Of a DNA stretch of 64,000 nt, positions 1-9,572 are shown piece after piece. The position numbers were made by a program, and so were the translations under genes. Source of the DNA: Alphaproteobacteria bacterium (lineage in GTDB: Bacteria; Pseudomonadota; Alphaproteobacteria; Bin95); the NCBI GenBank assembly GCA_964291285.2, contig OZ219787.1, positions 832,001-896,000 of the forward strand, written 5' to 3'. The notes under the pieces were generated by a model. The model was given only the letters and a program-made list of their open reading frames with translations, did no database searches and was not told where the DNA came from. The first letter of the stretch is position 1. Each line of letters starts with the position of its first letter.

Positions 1-1528
1 TCACCAGCAGGCAGTAGGCGATGAACGAGACGAAGATATGCGCCTCGATGCGCTCTTGGCGCTGATGGAAGATGGGGCGGATCGCGAGGTCGTGCTTGAG
101 TTCCTTGAACGCCTGCTCGATCTCGACGAGCTGCATGTACAGATGCCACAGCGTGGCGGGGTCTTCGGCGACCATGTTGGATCGCAGCAGGTAACGGCCC
201 TCGCGGCGGCGGACCTGGCGCAGCCGGTCGCGCTGCAGGCGGAATGAGAAGCCGTTGGCGGCGAGTTCGCTGTCGGTCCCGGGCACGGTGATGTCGACCA
301 GGCTCCAGGCCCGGCCGGCCTCCTTCCTGGCGGCGCCGAGCTTGAGCAACAACTGATCCCGGCTGTTCGACTGCCCTTGCAACTCGGCCAATCGACGCCA
401 CAGCCTCTTCAGCCGGCGCCGGCGCATGCCGCGTTCCTTCACCTGCCGCCCCTCGCTGCGCACCAGGACGTAGAGCTCGCCATCCTCGACCAGAAGCTTG
501 ACAGTCACGGACTGGCGCACCTCCTGCCAGGGCAGGCCCAGGAACACCTTCTCGAGCCGCGTCAGCCGGCCCTTGGGCGTGCCCACCAGGTAGCGCACCG
601 GCGCCTCGCCCTCGCGCATCGCGGCCAGCGTCTCCTCGGTGGGGATGCCGCGGTCCATGATCCACACCCGCTCGGAGCGGCCATACTGATCCTCGATCTT
701 CTTGAGGAACGCCGCCAGCGTGGTGTCGTCGGAGGTGTTGCCCGGCATCACCTCATAGGCCAGCGGAAAGCCCTGCGGCGTAACGATCAGGGCGATCACC
801 ACCTGCACGCAGTCGGGCCGCTTGTCCCGGCTGTAGCCGAAGCGGCGCTTGTCATCGAACGGCGGATCGCTCTCGAAGTAGGTCGAGGTCAGGTCGTAGA
901 GCAGCACGTCGAAGCGCGCCTCGAACAGCGTCGCCCAGCGGTCGCGCAGAAACGAGAAGAAGCCCTGCTTGTGCGCCAGCAGCTTGTCGAGACAGCGATA
1001 GAGTGTGTCGTCGGCGATCGCCCGCTCGCCACCCAGAAGATCGCGAAGCGCGCTGTGCTCATACCAGTGACGGTGAAGGCGCCACTCGCTGCCCGGGTCG
1101 ATCAGCCGGTAGCAGACCTGGATCTTCAGGATGTCCAGCCACCGCGTGCCTTGCCGGCTCGCCGGCAGCCGCTCTTCCCAGAAGCGGTCCAGGTCCAGGC
1201 GGTCCCACAAGGACAGCGCCAGCCAGCACGCCCCCCACTGGCGCGGGTCGTGAAGCGCCACCTGCGAGAGGTCGATCTTCACCACTTCGCAAGTCAGCGC
1301 CGGCGCCTCCCGGTCCTCGGGAAACAGCGCCATCTGCCGTGATCGCGACTTGCCCTCCACCACCTCGATCGAGCGGCACCACGCCGCTCGCTGGCTGTCG
1401 TTGATCTCCCCGAGATAGAGCACCTGACGCTGAACAACCCGACCGCCGTGGACCCGGACGTTCTCCACAACGCTCCAGTAGCGGTGCTCCTTGCCGTCCT
1501 TGAAGCGTCTCTTGCAGCGCACGAACAT
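1..1528 (-). CDS. IS1634-family DDE transposase (3' end outside window)
   Basis: MFVRCKRRFKDGKEHRYWSVVEN start at 1528; same sequence as the full 599-aa ORF copies. Confidence 0.92.
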   Translation of the reverse strand, partial: MFVRCKRRFKDGKEHRYWSVVENVRVHGGRVVQRQVLYLGEINDSQRAAWCRSIEVVEGKSRSRQMALFPEDREAPALTCEVVKIDLSQVALHDPRQWGACWLALSLWDRLDLDRFWEERLPASRQGTRWLDILKIQVCYRLIDPGSEWRLHRHWYEHSALRDLLGGERAIADDTLYRCLDKLLAHKQGFFSFLRDRWATLFEARFDVLLYDLTSTYFESDPPFDDKRRFGYSRDKRPDCVQVVIALIVTPQGFPLAYEVMPGNTSDDTTLAAFLKKIEDQYGRSERVWIMDRGIPTEETLAAMREGEAPVRYLVGTPKGRLTRLEKVFLGLPWQEVRQSVTVKLLVEDGELYVLVRSEGRQVKERGMRRRRLKRLWRRLAELQGQSNSRDQLLLKLGAARKEAGRAWSLVDITVPGTDSELAANGFSFRLQRDRLRQVRRREGRYLLRSNMVAEDPATLWHLYMQLVEIEQAFKELKHDLAIRPIFHQRQERIEAHIFVSFIAYCLLV

Positions 1529-1679
1529 CAGCGCAGCGTCCGGATCTTCGCCAGCCCGATCAAGGGGGTAGGTCGGCACTACAAGCCGGTCCCGAGAGGT
1601 ACTGCACCGAAATCCGACACTTCTCGCGCCGGAAAACCGTCAAATCAGTCGATTCTCAAGCCGAGTTGCGGAAGTCGGG
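1..1679 (-). mobile_element. IS1634-family insertion sequence, copy 1 (partial; runs off the left edge)
   Basis: Reverse complement of the element at 4534-6547. Terminal IR ...CCGAGTTGCGGAAGTCGGG ends at 1679, flanked by CTAG (1680-1683). Confidence 0.95.
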
Positions 1680-3401
1680 CTAGAGCACGATTTCGTCGCC
1701 GGGGCCGATCCCGTCGACGATTTCCACCGAGTCCAGGGTGGTCACGCCGGTCGCCACCGGCACCTCCCTCACCTCGCCGGAGTCCGCGTCCCTGACCCGC
1801 AGCCGGGCCTGGCCGTCGCGGACGGTCACGGCGTCGAGCGGGACGAGCAGGGCGTCGGCCCTCTCATAGACCGTCACCTCGACGGTCGCCGACATGCCGA
1901 GGCGCAGCAGCCGGCGCTGCCCGTCGGACAGCGCCTCGACGACGGCAGCCACCTCGAAGGACGGCAGCCCGCGGCCGGAGGAGTCCCGTTTGGCCTGCGA
2001 GGAGACATGCGCGATCTCGCCGTGCAGCGTGACGCCGGGGAAGGCATCGCCCACCACCCTGACGCGGTGCCCGGGCCGGATCCGCACTACGTCCACCTCG
2101 TCCACCCTGCCGACGACCGCGACGCCGTCCAGATTGCCGATGGTCAGGAGACGCTCGCCCTGCTCGACGGACACCCCCTTCGCGAACGTCTTCTCCTTGC
2201 TGTCGGCGCCCCTCTCGGCCCCGCCGGCTTTCGGATCGACGACGACCCCGGCCACCGGCGCATACACGACCGCGTTGCGCAGCGTGTCCTCGAGGGCCTC
2301 CAGCTTGGCCCGGGCGTTGTCGAGCTCCAGCCGCGCGACCGTCCTCTCGGCGGCGCCCTTGGCGAGCGCGGCCCGCAGATCTTCTTCGGCCGCCCGGAGA
2401 TCGAACTGCCGGCTCTTGTACTCGCGCTCCGCAGCCTTGTGCTCCGACGCCGGAATCACGCCCCGCTCCAGCAGGAACGATGTCTTCTCGAGCGTGTTCC
2501 TCGCCGTCTCCAGCGCGGCATTGCTCTTGCTCACGGCGCGGCGCACCCGCGTCACGTCGACGTGGTTCTCCCAGTTCGCGAGCTCCTGCACGCGGTCGCG
2601 GGCCTTGATGAAGGCGACCTCGGCGTCGCGCTGCTCGATCTGCACCTCGGTCACGTCCAGCTCGACCAGCCGCTGTCCCTCGATCACCCGTTCGCCGTGC
2701 TGGAAATGCACCGCCGCCACCTTTCCCTTGATCGGGCTGGTCACTTCGACTTCCCGCAACGGCGCGAGCCGCCCGGCCATGAAGAGCGATGCGGACACCG
2801 CCTGCGGCGTGACCGTCAACGTGCGCTGCGCGCCGTCGGCCGCTTGCACGACGCCGGCCGTCGGCATGCTGCCGGCCGGCGGGTCCGGGTTCCAGAACCA
2901 GAGGCCGACCACGAGAAACACGGCCATGACGACGACCGTCGCGCCCAGTCTGAGCGCGTTGACCCGTTTCGCCGCGGAGGCCAGCTCCCGGTTCCGCGTT
3001 TCCAGCGTGACATAGGCGTCCCGCAGTTCGCCGTGCTTCGCCTCGAGGTCCTTCGCCAGGCGGACTTCCGTTTCCCGCAGTTCCGAGATCTCGGATATGT
3101 CGCTGAACACAGCGACCACGCCCAGGCCGACGGTCTCGCCGTGGCGCTCTTCGGTCAGATAGGACGTCACCACCGAGAGGAGGCGGCGCTTGCCGGCCAG
3201 GGTCGCTTCCACGACGTGCTGGTCGCCCGCAGAAGCCTCGTAGGTGGCGTCGAGGACGGTGTCTATGAATGCGTCCGCGCCCTCGATGCGCACGAGAACG
3301 TCCGCGAGCGTGCGTCCGATCACGGACTCGGCGGACAGGCCGAAAATCTCCGAGGCAGCGGGGTTGAAGCTGGTGATGACCCCGCTCCGGTCGAGCGACA
3401 T
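1680..3401 (-). CDS. PAS-domain-fused efflux membrane fusion protein (MacA/HlyD-type periplasmic adaptor); true start probably further upstream
   Basis: N-terminal PAS motif (ILDNVSSGIMSLDRSGVITSFNPAASEIFG, partly upstream of the called ATG), coiled coil, one TM helix, then MFP motifs (EVTSPIKGKVAAVHFQHGERV, VYAPVAGVV, VDEVDVVRIRPG, LRLGMSA, VEIVDGIGPGDEIVL). Confidence 0.88.
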   Translation of the reverse strand: MSLDRSGVITSFNPAASEIFGLSAESVIGRTLADVLVRIEGADAFIDTVLDATYEASAGDQHVVEATLAGKRRLLSVVTSYLTEERHGETVGLGVVAVFSDISEISELRETEVRLAKDLEAKHGELRDAYVTLETRNRELASAAKRVNALRLGATVVVMAVFLVVGLWFWNPDPPAGSMPTAGVVQAADGAQRTLTVTPQAVSASLFMAGRLAPLREVEVTSPIKGKVAAVHFQHGERVIEGQRLVELDVTEVQIEQRDAEVAFIKARDRVQELANWENHVDVTRVRRAVSKSNAALETARNTLEKTSFLLERGVIPASEHKAAEREYKSRQFDLRAAEEDLRAALAKGAAERTVARLELDNARAKLEALEDTLRNAVVYAPVAGVVVDPKAGGAERGADSKEKTFAKGVSVEQGERLLTIGNLDGVAVVGRVDEVDVVRIRPGHRVRVVGDAFPGVTLHGEIAHVSSQAKRDSSGRGLPSFEVAAVVEALSDGQRRLLRLGMSATVEVTVYERADALLVPLDAVTVRDGQARLRVRDADSGEVREVPVATGVTTLDSVEIVDGIGPGDEIVL

Positions 3402-4533
3402 GATCCCGCTGGAGACGTTGTCCAGAATGCTTTGGTGCAGCAGGGAGGCATCGGCCAGGCGCGCCGGCCCCGGCCTCCGCCGGTCCCGACCGGATGCCGG
3501 CTGCCCGGCGCGGCCGCTCTCGCCGTTCTCGACGGGCCCTTCGATCTCCGATGTGTCGGTGATGTCGGTGATGTCTCGAACTCCCGGATCCGCGTCCTAC
3601 CGGACTGGCAGGGCCCCCGAACGCTCCAGCCTGTCGAAATCGATACCCCAGCTCTCCAGCGAGATGCCCAGCGTCCGGTTCAGCGCCGCCACCGCGTCGT
3701 GGTACGAGATGATCGCTTCCAGCTCCTCGTTCTGGGCGTCGACCAGGTCGTTCTCGAAAGCGACCAGCTGGAAATTGGTCGACAGCCCCAGGCGCAGCTT
3801 CTCGTTTTCGATCTCCATCTTCTGCTCCGCCAGACGCCGCGCGGTCTGCGCGAGCGCGACCCTCCGGAACGACAGCCCCGCTGCGCGAACCGCGCCGGCG
3901 ACCTCGATGTCGATGCGCTGGCGCGTCTCGTCGAGCTTGTTGCGCGCCCGGTTCAGCGCGGTAACGGCTTCCACATGGGCGAGCTTCGCGGCGTCCGTCG
4001 CGGCGCCGATCGGAATATCGAGCCTGAGCATCATGCCGTAGTCGTCACGGTCGAGCCCGCCGAGCGCGCCGCCGACCGACCCGTCGGCGTGGGAGGCGTT
4101 GGCCGACAACTCCACCGACAGGTCCCACAGGCGTTCATTCCCGGCCACCGCGACCTGCGTCTCGGCGGTCTTCACGCCGAGCAGGGCCTGGAGGTAGTCA
4201 GGGCGGTTCCGAAGCGCCACCGCGACGCCGCCCGCCTCCTCGACGGAACTCGGTTCGGGCGCCGTCTCCAGCCGGTCGGTCAGCCGCAGGCGGGAGCGGC
4301 GGTCGATGTCGAGAACGTCGATCAGCGCCAGCCGGGCGGCGTCCAGCTCGTCCCGCGCCGCGATCAGCGTCAGTTCCCGGCGGGCGATATCGGCCCGGGT
4401 CTGCACGACGTCGCGCGCCGCCATGCGGCCGGCCTCGACCAGGGTCCTGGCGACCGTCAGCAGCTCCCGCGCGCGCTCCAGCGACCTCGCGGCGATGTCC
4501 ACGCGGCGCTCGGCGCGAATGTGGCGGTGATAG

Positions 4534-6547
4534 CCCGACTTCCGCAACTCGGCTTGAGAATCGACTGATTTGACGGTTTTCCGGCGCGAGAAGTGTCGGA
4601 TTTCGGTGCAGTACCTCTCGGGACCGGCTTGTAGTGCCGACCTACCCCCTTGATCGGGCTGGCGAAGATCCGGACGCTGCGCTGATGTTCGTGCGCTGCA
4701 AGAGACGCTTCAAGGACGGCAAGGAGCACCGCTACTGGAGCGTTGTGGAGAACGTCCGGGTCCACGGCGGTCGGGTTGTTCAGCGTCAGGTGCTCTATCT
4801 CGGGGAGATCAACGACAGCCAGCGAGCGGCGTGGTGCCGCTCGATCGAGGTGGTGGAGGGCAAGTCGCGATCACGGCAGATGGCGCTGTTTCCCGAGGAC
4901 CGGGAGGCGCCGGCGCTGACTTGCGAAGTGGTGAAGATCGACCTCTCGCAGGTGGCGCTTCACGACCCGCGCCAGTGGGGGGCGTGCTGGCTGGCGCTGT
5001 CCTTGTGGGACCGCCTGGACCTGGACCGCTTCTGGGAAGAGCGGCTGCCGGCGAGCCGGCAAGGCACGCGGTGGCTGGACATCCTGAAGATCCAGGTCTG
5101 CTACCGGCTGATCGACCCGGGCAGCGAGTGGCGCCTTCACCGTCACTGGTATGAGCACAGCGCGCTTCGCGATCTTCTGGGTGGCGAGCGGGCGATCGCC
5201 GACGACACACTCTATCGCTGTCTCGACAAGCTGCTGGCGCACAAGCAGGGCTTCTTCTCGTTTCTGCGCGACCGCTGGGCGACGCTGTTCGAGGCGCGCT
5301 TCGACGTGCTGCTCTACGACCTGACCTCGACCTACTTCGAGAGCGATCCGCCGTTCGATGACAAGCGCCGCTTCGGCTACAGCCGGGACAAGCGGCCCGA
5401 CTGCGTGCAGGTGGTGATCGCCCTGATCGTTACGCCGCAGGGCTTTCCGCTGGCCTATGAGGTGATGCCGGGCAACACCTCCGACGACACCACGCTGGCG
5501 GCGTTCCTCAAGAAGATCGAGGATCAGTATGGCCGCTCCGAGCGGGTGTGGATCATGGACCGCGGCATCCCCACCGAGGAGACGCTGGCCGCGATGCGCG
5601 AGGGCGAGGCGCCGGTGCGCTACCTGGTGGGCACGCCCAAGGGCCGGCTGACGCGGCTCGAGAAGGTGTTCCTGGGCCTGCCCTGGCAGGAGGTGCGCCA
5701 GTCCGTGACTGTCAAGCTTCTGGTCGAGGATGGCGAGCTCTACGTCCTGGTGCGCAGCGAGGGGCGGCAGGTGAAGGAACGCGGCATGCGCCGGCGCCGG
5801 CTGAAGAGGCTGTGGCGTCGATTGGCCGAGTTGCAAGGGCAGTCGAACAGCCGGGATCAGTTGTTGCTCAAGCTCGGCGCCGCCAGGAAGGAGGCCGGCC
5901 GGGCCTGGAGCCTGGTCGACATCACCGTGCCCGGGACCGACAGCGAACTCGCCGCCAACGGCTTCTCATTCCGCCTGCAGCGCGACCGGCTGCGCCAGGT
6001 CCGCCGCCGCGAGGGCCGTTACCTGCTGCGATCCAACATGGTCGCCGAAGACCCCGCCACGCTGTGGCATCTGTACATGCAGCTCGTCGAGATCGAGCAG
6101 GCGTTCAAGGAACTCAAGCACGACCTCGCGATCCGCCCCATCTTCCATCAGCGCCAAGAGCGCATCGAGGCGCATATCTTCGTCTCGTTCATCGCCTACT
6201 GCCTGCTGGTGACCCTGAAGAACCTCGCCCGGCCGCGCGCCCCGGGCCTCACCCCACGCGCCATCCTTGAGGCCTTCGCCACCATCCAGATGGTGGACGT
6301 CCATCTGCCAACCACCGACGGCCGGCACCTCGTCCTGCCGCGCCACACCCGGCCGAACAAGGAGCACGAGCTACTGCTGCAACAGCTCGGCATGACCTGG
6401 CCGCAGCAACCCGCACCCCGGATCTCCGCCTGACGGCACACGGCGCCGCCTCTCCGTTCGCCGCCTTGTAGTGCCGACCCTCGGGGAGACGATCAAGGCT
6501 ATTCAATGAGTTAGCATCCTCATGACCCCCGAGTTGCGGAAGTCGGG
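4534..6547 (+). mobile_element. IS1634-family insertion sequence, copy 2 (2014 bp)
   Basis: 19-bp terminal IRs CCCGACTTCCGCAACTCGG; 4-bp target duplication ATAG at 4530-4533 and 6548-6551. Confidence 0.97.
4685..6433 (+). CDS. IS1634-family DDE transposase
   Basis: Motifs LYDLTSTYFE, FGYSRDKRPDCVQV, WIMDRGI, IEQAFKELK, IRPIFHQRQERIEAH. The ATG at 4685 is preferred over the GTG at 4634. Confidence 0.95.
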   Translation: MFVRCKRRFKDGKEHRYWSVVENVRVHGGRVVQRQVLYLGEINDSQRAAWCRSIEVVEGKSRSRQMALFPEDREAPALTCEVVKIDLSQVALHDPRQWGACWLALSLWDRLDLDRFWEERLPASRQGTRWLDILKIQVCYRLIDPGSEWRLHRHWYEHSALRDLLGGERAIADDTLYRCLDKLLAHKQGFFSFLRDRWATLFEARFDVLLYDLTSTYFESDPPFDDKRRFGYSRDKRPDCVQVVIALIVTPQGFPLAYEVMPGNTSDDTTLAAFLKKIEDQYGRSERVWIMDRGIPTEETLAAMREGEAPVRYLVGTPKGRLTRLEKVFLGLPWQEVRQSVTVKLLVEDGELYVLVRSEGRQVKERGMRRRRLKRLWRRLAELQGQSNSRDQLLLKLGAARKEAGRAWSLVDITVPGTDSELAANGFSFRLQRDRLRQVRRREGRYLLRSNMVAEDPATLWHLYMQLVEIEQAFKELKHDLAIRPIFHQRQERIEAHIFVSFIAYCLLVTLKNLARPRAPGLTPRAILEAFATIQMVDVHLPTTDGRHLVLPRHTRPNKEHELLLQQLGMTWPQQPAPRISA

Positions 6548-7529
6548 ATAGCTCCGGACAATCTCGGCGACGACGTCGGCGACGACCATCCTCAGGGCGA
6601 GCGCGCCGATCTCGTCCTGGAGGCGGGCGGTTCGGACCGGGGCCGTGCCGACATCCGTTCCGCCGCCGCGCAGCAGCGGCTGCCTGAACGTCAACCCCAC
6701 CTCGCTGCTATATCGCGGCCGCGTGGTTCCGTCCCTGCCCTGCCACTTAAGCTCGAACTCTCCTCCGGTCGGCACCTGCATCGTCATGGCCGCCCCGACG
6801 CCCAACGCACGCGACCCCGCCAACGCGCGCGAGCCCGCCTCGGCCCGGCTGCGCGACCAGCCGAAATTGGGGCCGAAAGAAACCCGCGGCGCGAACTCGT
6901 TCTCAGCCACATCGAGGGCGAATCTCCCGGCCGTTCTCGCGGCCTGCGCGTCGATCAGCGAGCGGTTGTTCCGCAGACCCAGCAGGATGCTGTCCCGCAG
7001 GGAGAGTTCCCGGACGTCGCGGGCCGGCTCGCCGGCGGCCGCCGGCAGGGCGCCGTGGGAAATCGCGAGGACGGCGACAAGACGGGCGAGTCCGACGGCG
7101 CCGCGGCGAATGCGCGACATCCGCCCCGGCGGTCGGATCCGTGTCCTGCCCACGGGTCGCGGTCACCGGCCCGGAACCGGTCTCGCCGGCGCCATGCGTC
7201 CCGTTCCGGAGCCCGGCGATGCCGCCCGAACGGCCCCGGGGTCCCCGTATGGCGTCCCGTCCCGCAACGCGACGCAGACGGCCCGCTTGCAGCCGCGCCG
7301 CACTGTCATCGCCTTGCGATAGCCCCGGAACAGACAGCCATCGGTTCTACCGTCTCCTGCTGCGCGTTCGCCGACGCCGGCTGCCGGCCCGCGGCATTCC
7401 GTTTCGTCGGGCCGGCAGGCCAAGTCTGCGCCATCATAGGAGGTTTCTCGTTAATTGTATGTGTAATCAAGCAGTTTTATGATGTCGTTATTGTAAAACG
7501 AACCGATATTCCCCGAAACGCTGCAAGCG

Positions 7530-7646
7530 GCGCGAGGGCGACACCCGCACACCGAATCCCCTGAGCTTGCCGTTGCGGACCTCGCGGACGGACTTGCGCG
7601 GCTGGAGCGCCTTGACGCGGGTCTCGGTAAGGGTAGTCTTCGCCAT
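7530..7646 (-). pseudogene. Remnant N-terminus (arm-DNA-binding domain) of a tyrosine integrase
   Basis: MAKTTLTETRVKALQPRKSVREVRNGKLRGFGVRVSPS matches the typical P4-like integrase N-terminus; the frame then runs into AT-rich sequence. Confidence 0.65.
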
Positions 7647-7793
7647 TCCGTTTCTCCCGGCTCCAGGTGGCAGATCGGGAACAAGGGGATTGCAGCCACT
7701 TCCCCGACCGCTACATTTCAGGAGAAAAAACAACGCTGTATCAGATAGTTAGCACCCAATGGTGCGTCCCCGGTGGTGTGATGGACGGCCGCC

Positions 7794-8276
7794 ATGAACC
7801 ATGACAGCTACACCGACGCCTATCTCAAGGGCGTGCTGGAGAGTGTGCGGACCATCGCGATGGCGGGCGCCAGCCCCCACTGGAACCGGCCGAGCTACTT
7901 CGTGATGAAATACCTCCAGGCGAAGGGCTTCCGCGTGCATCCCGTCAATCCGGTCGCGGCCGGCGAGACCATACTGGGCGAGACCTGCTACGCCGACCTC
8001 GGCGACCTGCCGGAGCCGGTCGACATGGTCGATATCTTCCGCAATTCCGAGGCCGCCGGCCCGCTTGCCGACCAGGCGGTCGAGATCGGCGCGAAGGTGG
8101 TCTGGATGCAGCTGACCGTGCGCAATGACGCGGCCGCCGAGCGCGCCGAGGCGGCGGGGCTCACCGTGGTGATGAACCGCTGCCCCAAGATCGAATATGC
8201 CCGCCTCTTCGGCGAGCTTTCCTGGAACGGCTTCAACTCGCGGCGCATCTCCTCGAAGCGCCGCCGGATCGCCTGA
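7794..8276 (+). CDS. CoA-binding protein (YccU-like)
   Basis: TIAMAGASPHWNRPSYFVMKYL, PVDMVDIFR, VVWMQL, VVMNRCPKIE. Confidence 0.9.
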   Translation: MNHDSYTDAYLKGVLESVRTIAMAGASPHWNRPSYFVMKYLQAKGFRVHPVNPVAAGETILGETCYADLGDLPEPVDMVDIFRNSEAAGPLADQAVEIGAKVVWMQLTVRNDAAAERAEAAGLTVVMNRCPKIEYARLFGELSWNGFNSRRISSKRRRIA

Positions 8277-8277
8277 C

Positions 8278-9561
8278 ATGAGCGAAAACGAACCGCCTTT
8301 CGGCTTTGAGACCCTGGCCATCCACGCCGGCGCGGGGCCGGACCCCGCGACAGGCGCGCGCTCGACGCCGATCTACCAGACGACCTCCTACGTGTTCGAC
8401 GATGTCGATCACGCCGCCTCACTCTTCAACCTCCAGACCTACGGCTTCATCTATTCTCGCCTGACCAACCCGACGGTCTCCGTGCTGGAGGAGCGGGTTG
8501 CGGCGCTCGAAGGCGGCAAGGGCGGCACGGCCACGGCCTCCGGGCATGCCGCGCAGATGCTGGCGCTGTTCCCGCTCATGCAGCCGGGCTCGCACCTGCT
8601 GGCGTCGAACAAGCTCTACGGCGGCTCCGTCACCCAGTTCACGCGCACCTTCGCCAAGTTCGGCTGGCAGGCCTCGCTGATCGATTTCGACGACCTCGAC
8701 GCGGTGCGGGCGGCCATATGCCCGGAAACGCGGGTCGTGTTCTGCGAGTCGCTCGCCAATCCGGGCGGCATCGTCAGCGACATGGAGGCGCTCGCGGACA
8801 TCGCGCATGAGGCGGGCATCCCGCTGATGGTGGACAACACCATGGCCACGCCCTTCCTCTGCCGCCCGTTCGAGTGGGGCGCGGACCTCATCGTGCATTC
8901 GATGACCAAGTTCCTCTCCGGCCACGGCAACGCGATGGGCGGCATGGTGGTGGACAGCGGCGGCTTCGACTGGGGGCAGAACGACAAGTTCCCCTCCATG
9001 ACGGAGCCGGAGGGCGCCTATCACGGCCTGCGCTTCTGGGAGACCTTCGGCGACCTCGGCTACACCGTGCACTGTCATGCGGTGGGCCTGCGCGACCTCG
9101 GCGCAACCATGGCGCCGCTCAACGCCTTCCTGGCGATCACCGGCATCGAGACCCTGCCGCTGCGTATGGCCCGGCACAGCGAAAACGGGCTGGAAGTGGC
9201 GCGCTACCTCTCCGGCCATCCGGCCGTCGCCTGGGTCTCCTATGCGGGGCTCGACGACAACCCTTACAAGCCGCTCGCCGACAAGTATCTGAAGGGCTCG
9301 GGCGGCTCGGTGTTCACCTTCGGCCTCAAGGGCGGCTACGAGGCGGGCGTGAAGCTGGTGGAAGGCGTCGAGTTGCTGAGCCATCTCGCCAACATCGGCG
9401 ACACGCGCTCACTCATCATCCATCCCCGCTCAACCACCCACCGCCAGCTCTCCGAAGAACAGGCGGCCGCTGCCGGCGCGGGCGACGAGGTGGTGCGCCT
9501 CTCCGTCGGCCTGGAAACCGCCGCCGACATCATCGCCGACCTGGAGCAGGCGCTGGGCTGA
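8278..9561 (+). CDS. metY: O-acetylhomoserine aminocarboxypropyltransferase/sulfhydrylase
   Basis: FETLAIHAG, PIYQTTSYVF, YSRLTNPT, PLP-lysine motif HSMTKFLSGHG, HLANIGD. Confidence 0.9.
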   Translation: MSENEPPFGFETLAIHAGAGPDPATGARSTPIYQTTSYVFDDVDHAASLFNLQTYGFIYSRLTNPTVSVLEERVAALEGGKGGTATASGHAAQMLALFPLMQPGSHLLASNKLYGGSVTQFTRTFAKFGWQASLIDFDDLDAVRAAICPETRVVFCESLANPGGIVSDMEALADIAHEAGIPLMVDNTMATPFLCRPFEWGADLIVHSMTKFLSGHGNAMGGMVVDSGGFDWGQNDKFPSMTEPEGAYHGLRFWETFGDLGYTVHCHAVGLRDLGATMAPLNAFLAITGIETLPLRMARHSENGLEVARYLSGHPAVAWVSYAGLDDNPYKPLADKYLKGSGGSVFTFGLKGGYEAGVKLVEGVELLSHLANIGDTRSLIIHPRSTTHRQLSEEQAAAAGAGDEVVRLSVGLETAADIIADLEQALG

Positions 9562-9572
9562 AGCCGGCCGGG

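Larger units (their letters stand above)
3597..7153 (-). pseudogene. TolC-family outer membrane efflux protein interrupted by IS1634 copy 2
   Basis: N-part has a signal peptide plus LSLRDSILLGLRNN and LTFRQPLLRGGG. C-part has ENEKLRLGLSTNFQLVAFENDL. Removing the IS and one ATAG restores the frame (...IVRSY-HRHIRAERR...). Confidence 0.9.

Noticed and set aside
377-1795. Recurrent 321-, 240-, 133- and 107-aa ORFs within every IS1634 copy
   Set aside because: These are antisense or alternate-frame shadows of the transposase; they recur only because the IS is repeated.
7745-7790. Complete tRNA gene next to the integrase remnant
   Set aside because: Only a 3'-end-like 11-mer is present; no T-loop, anticodon arm or D-arm is recognisable.
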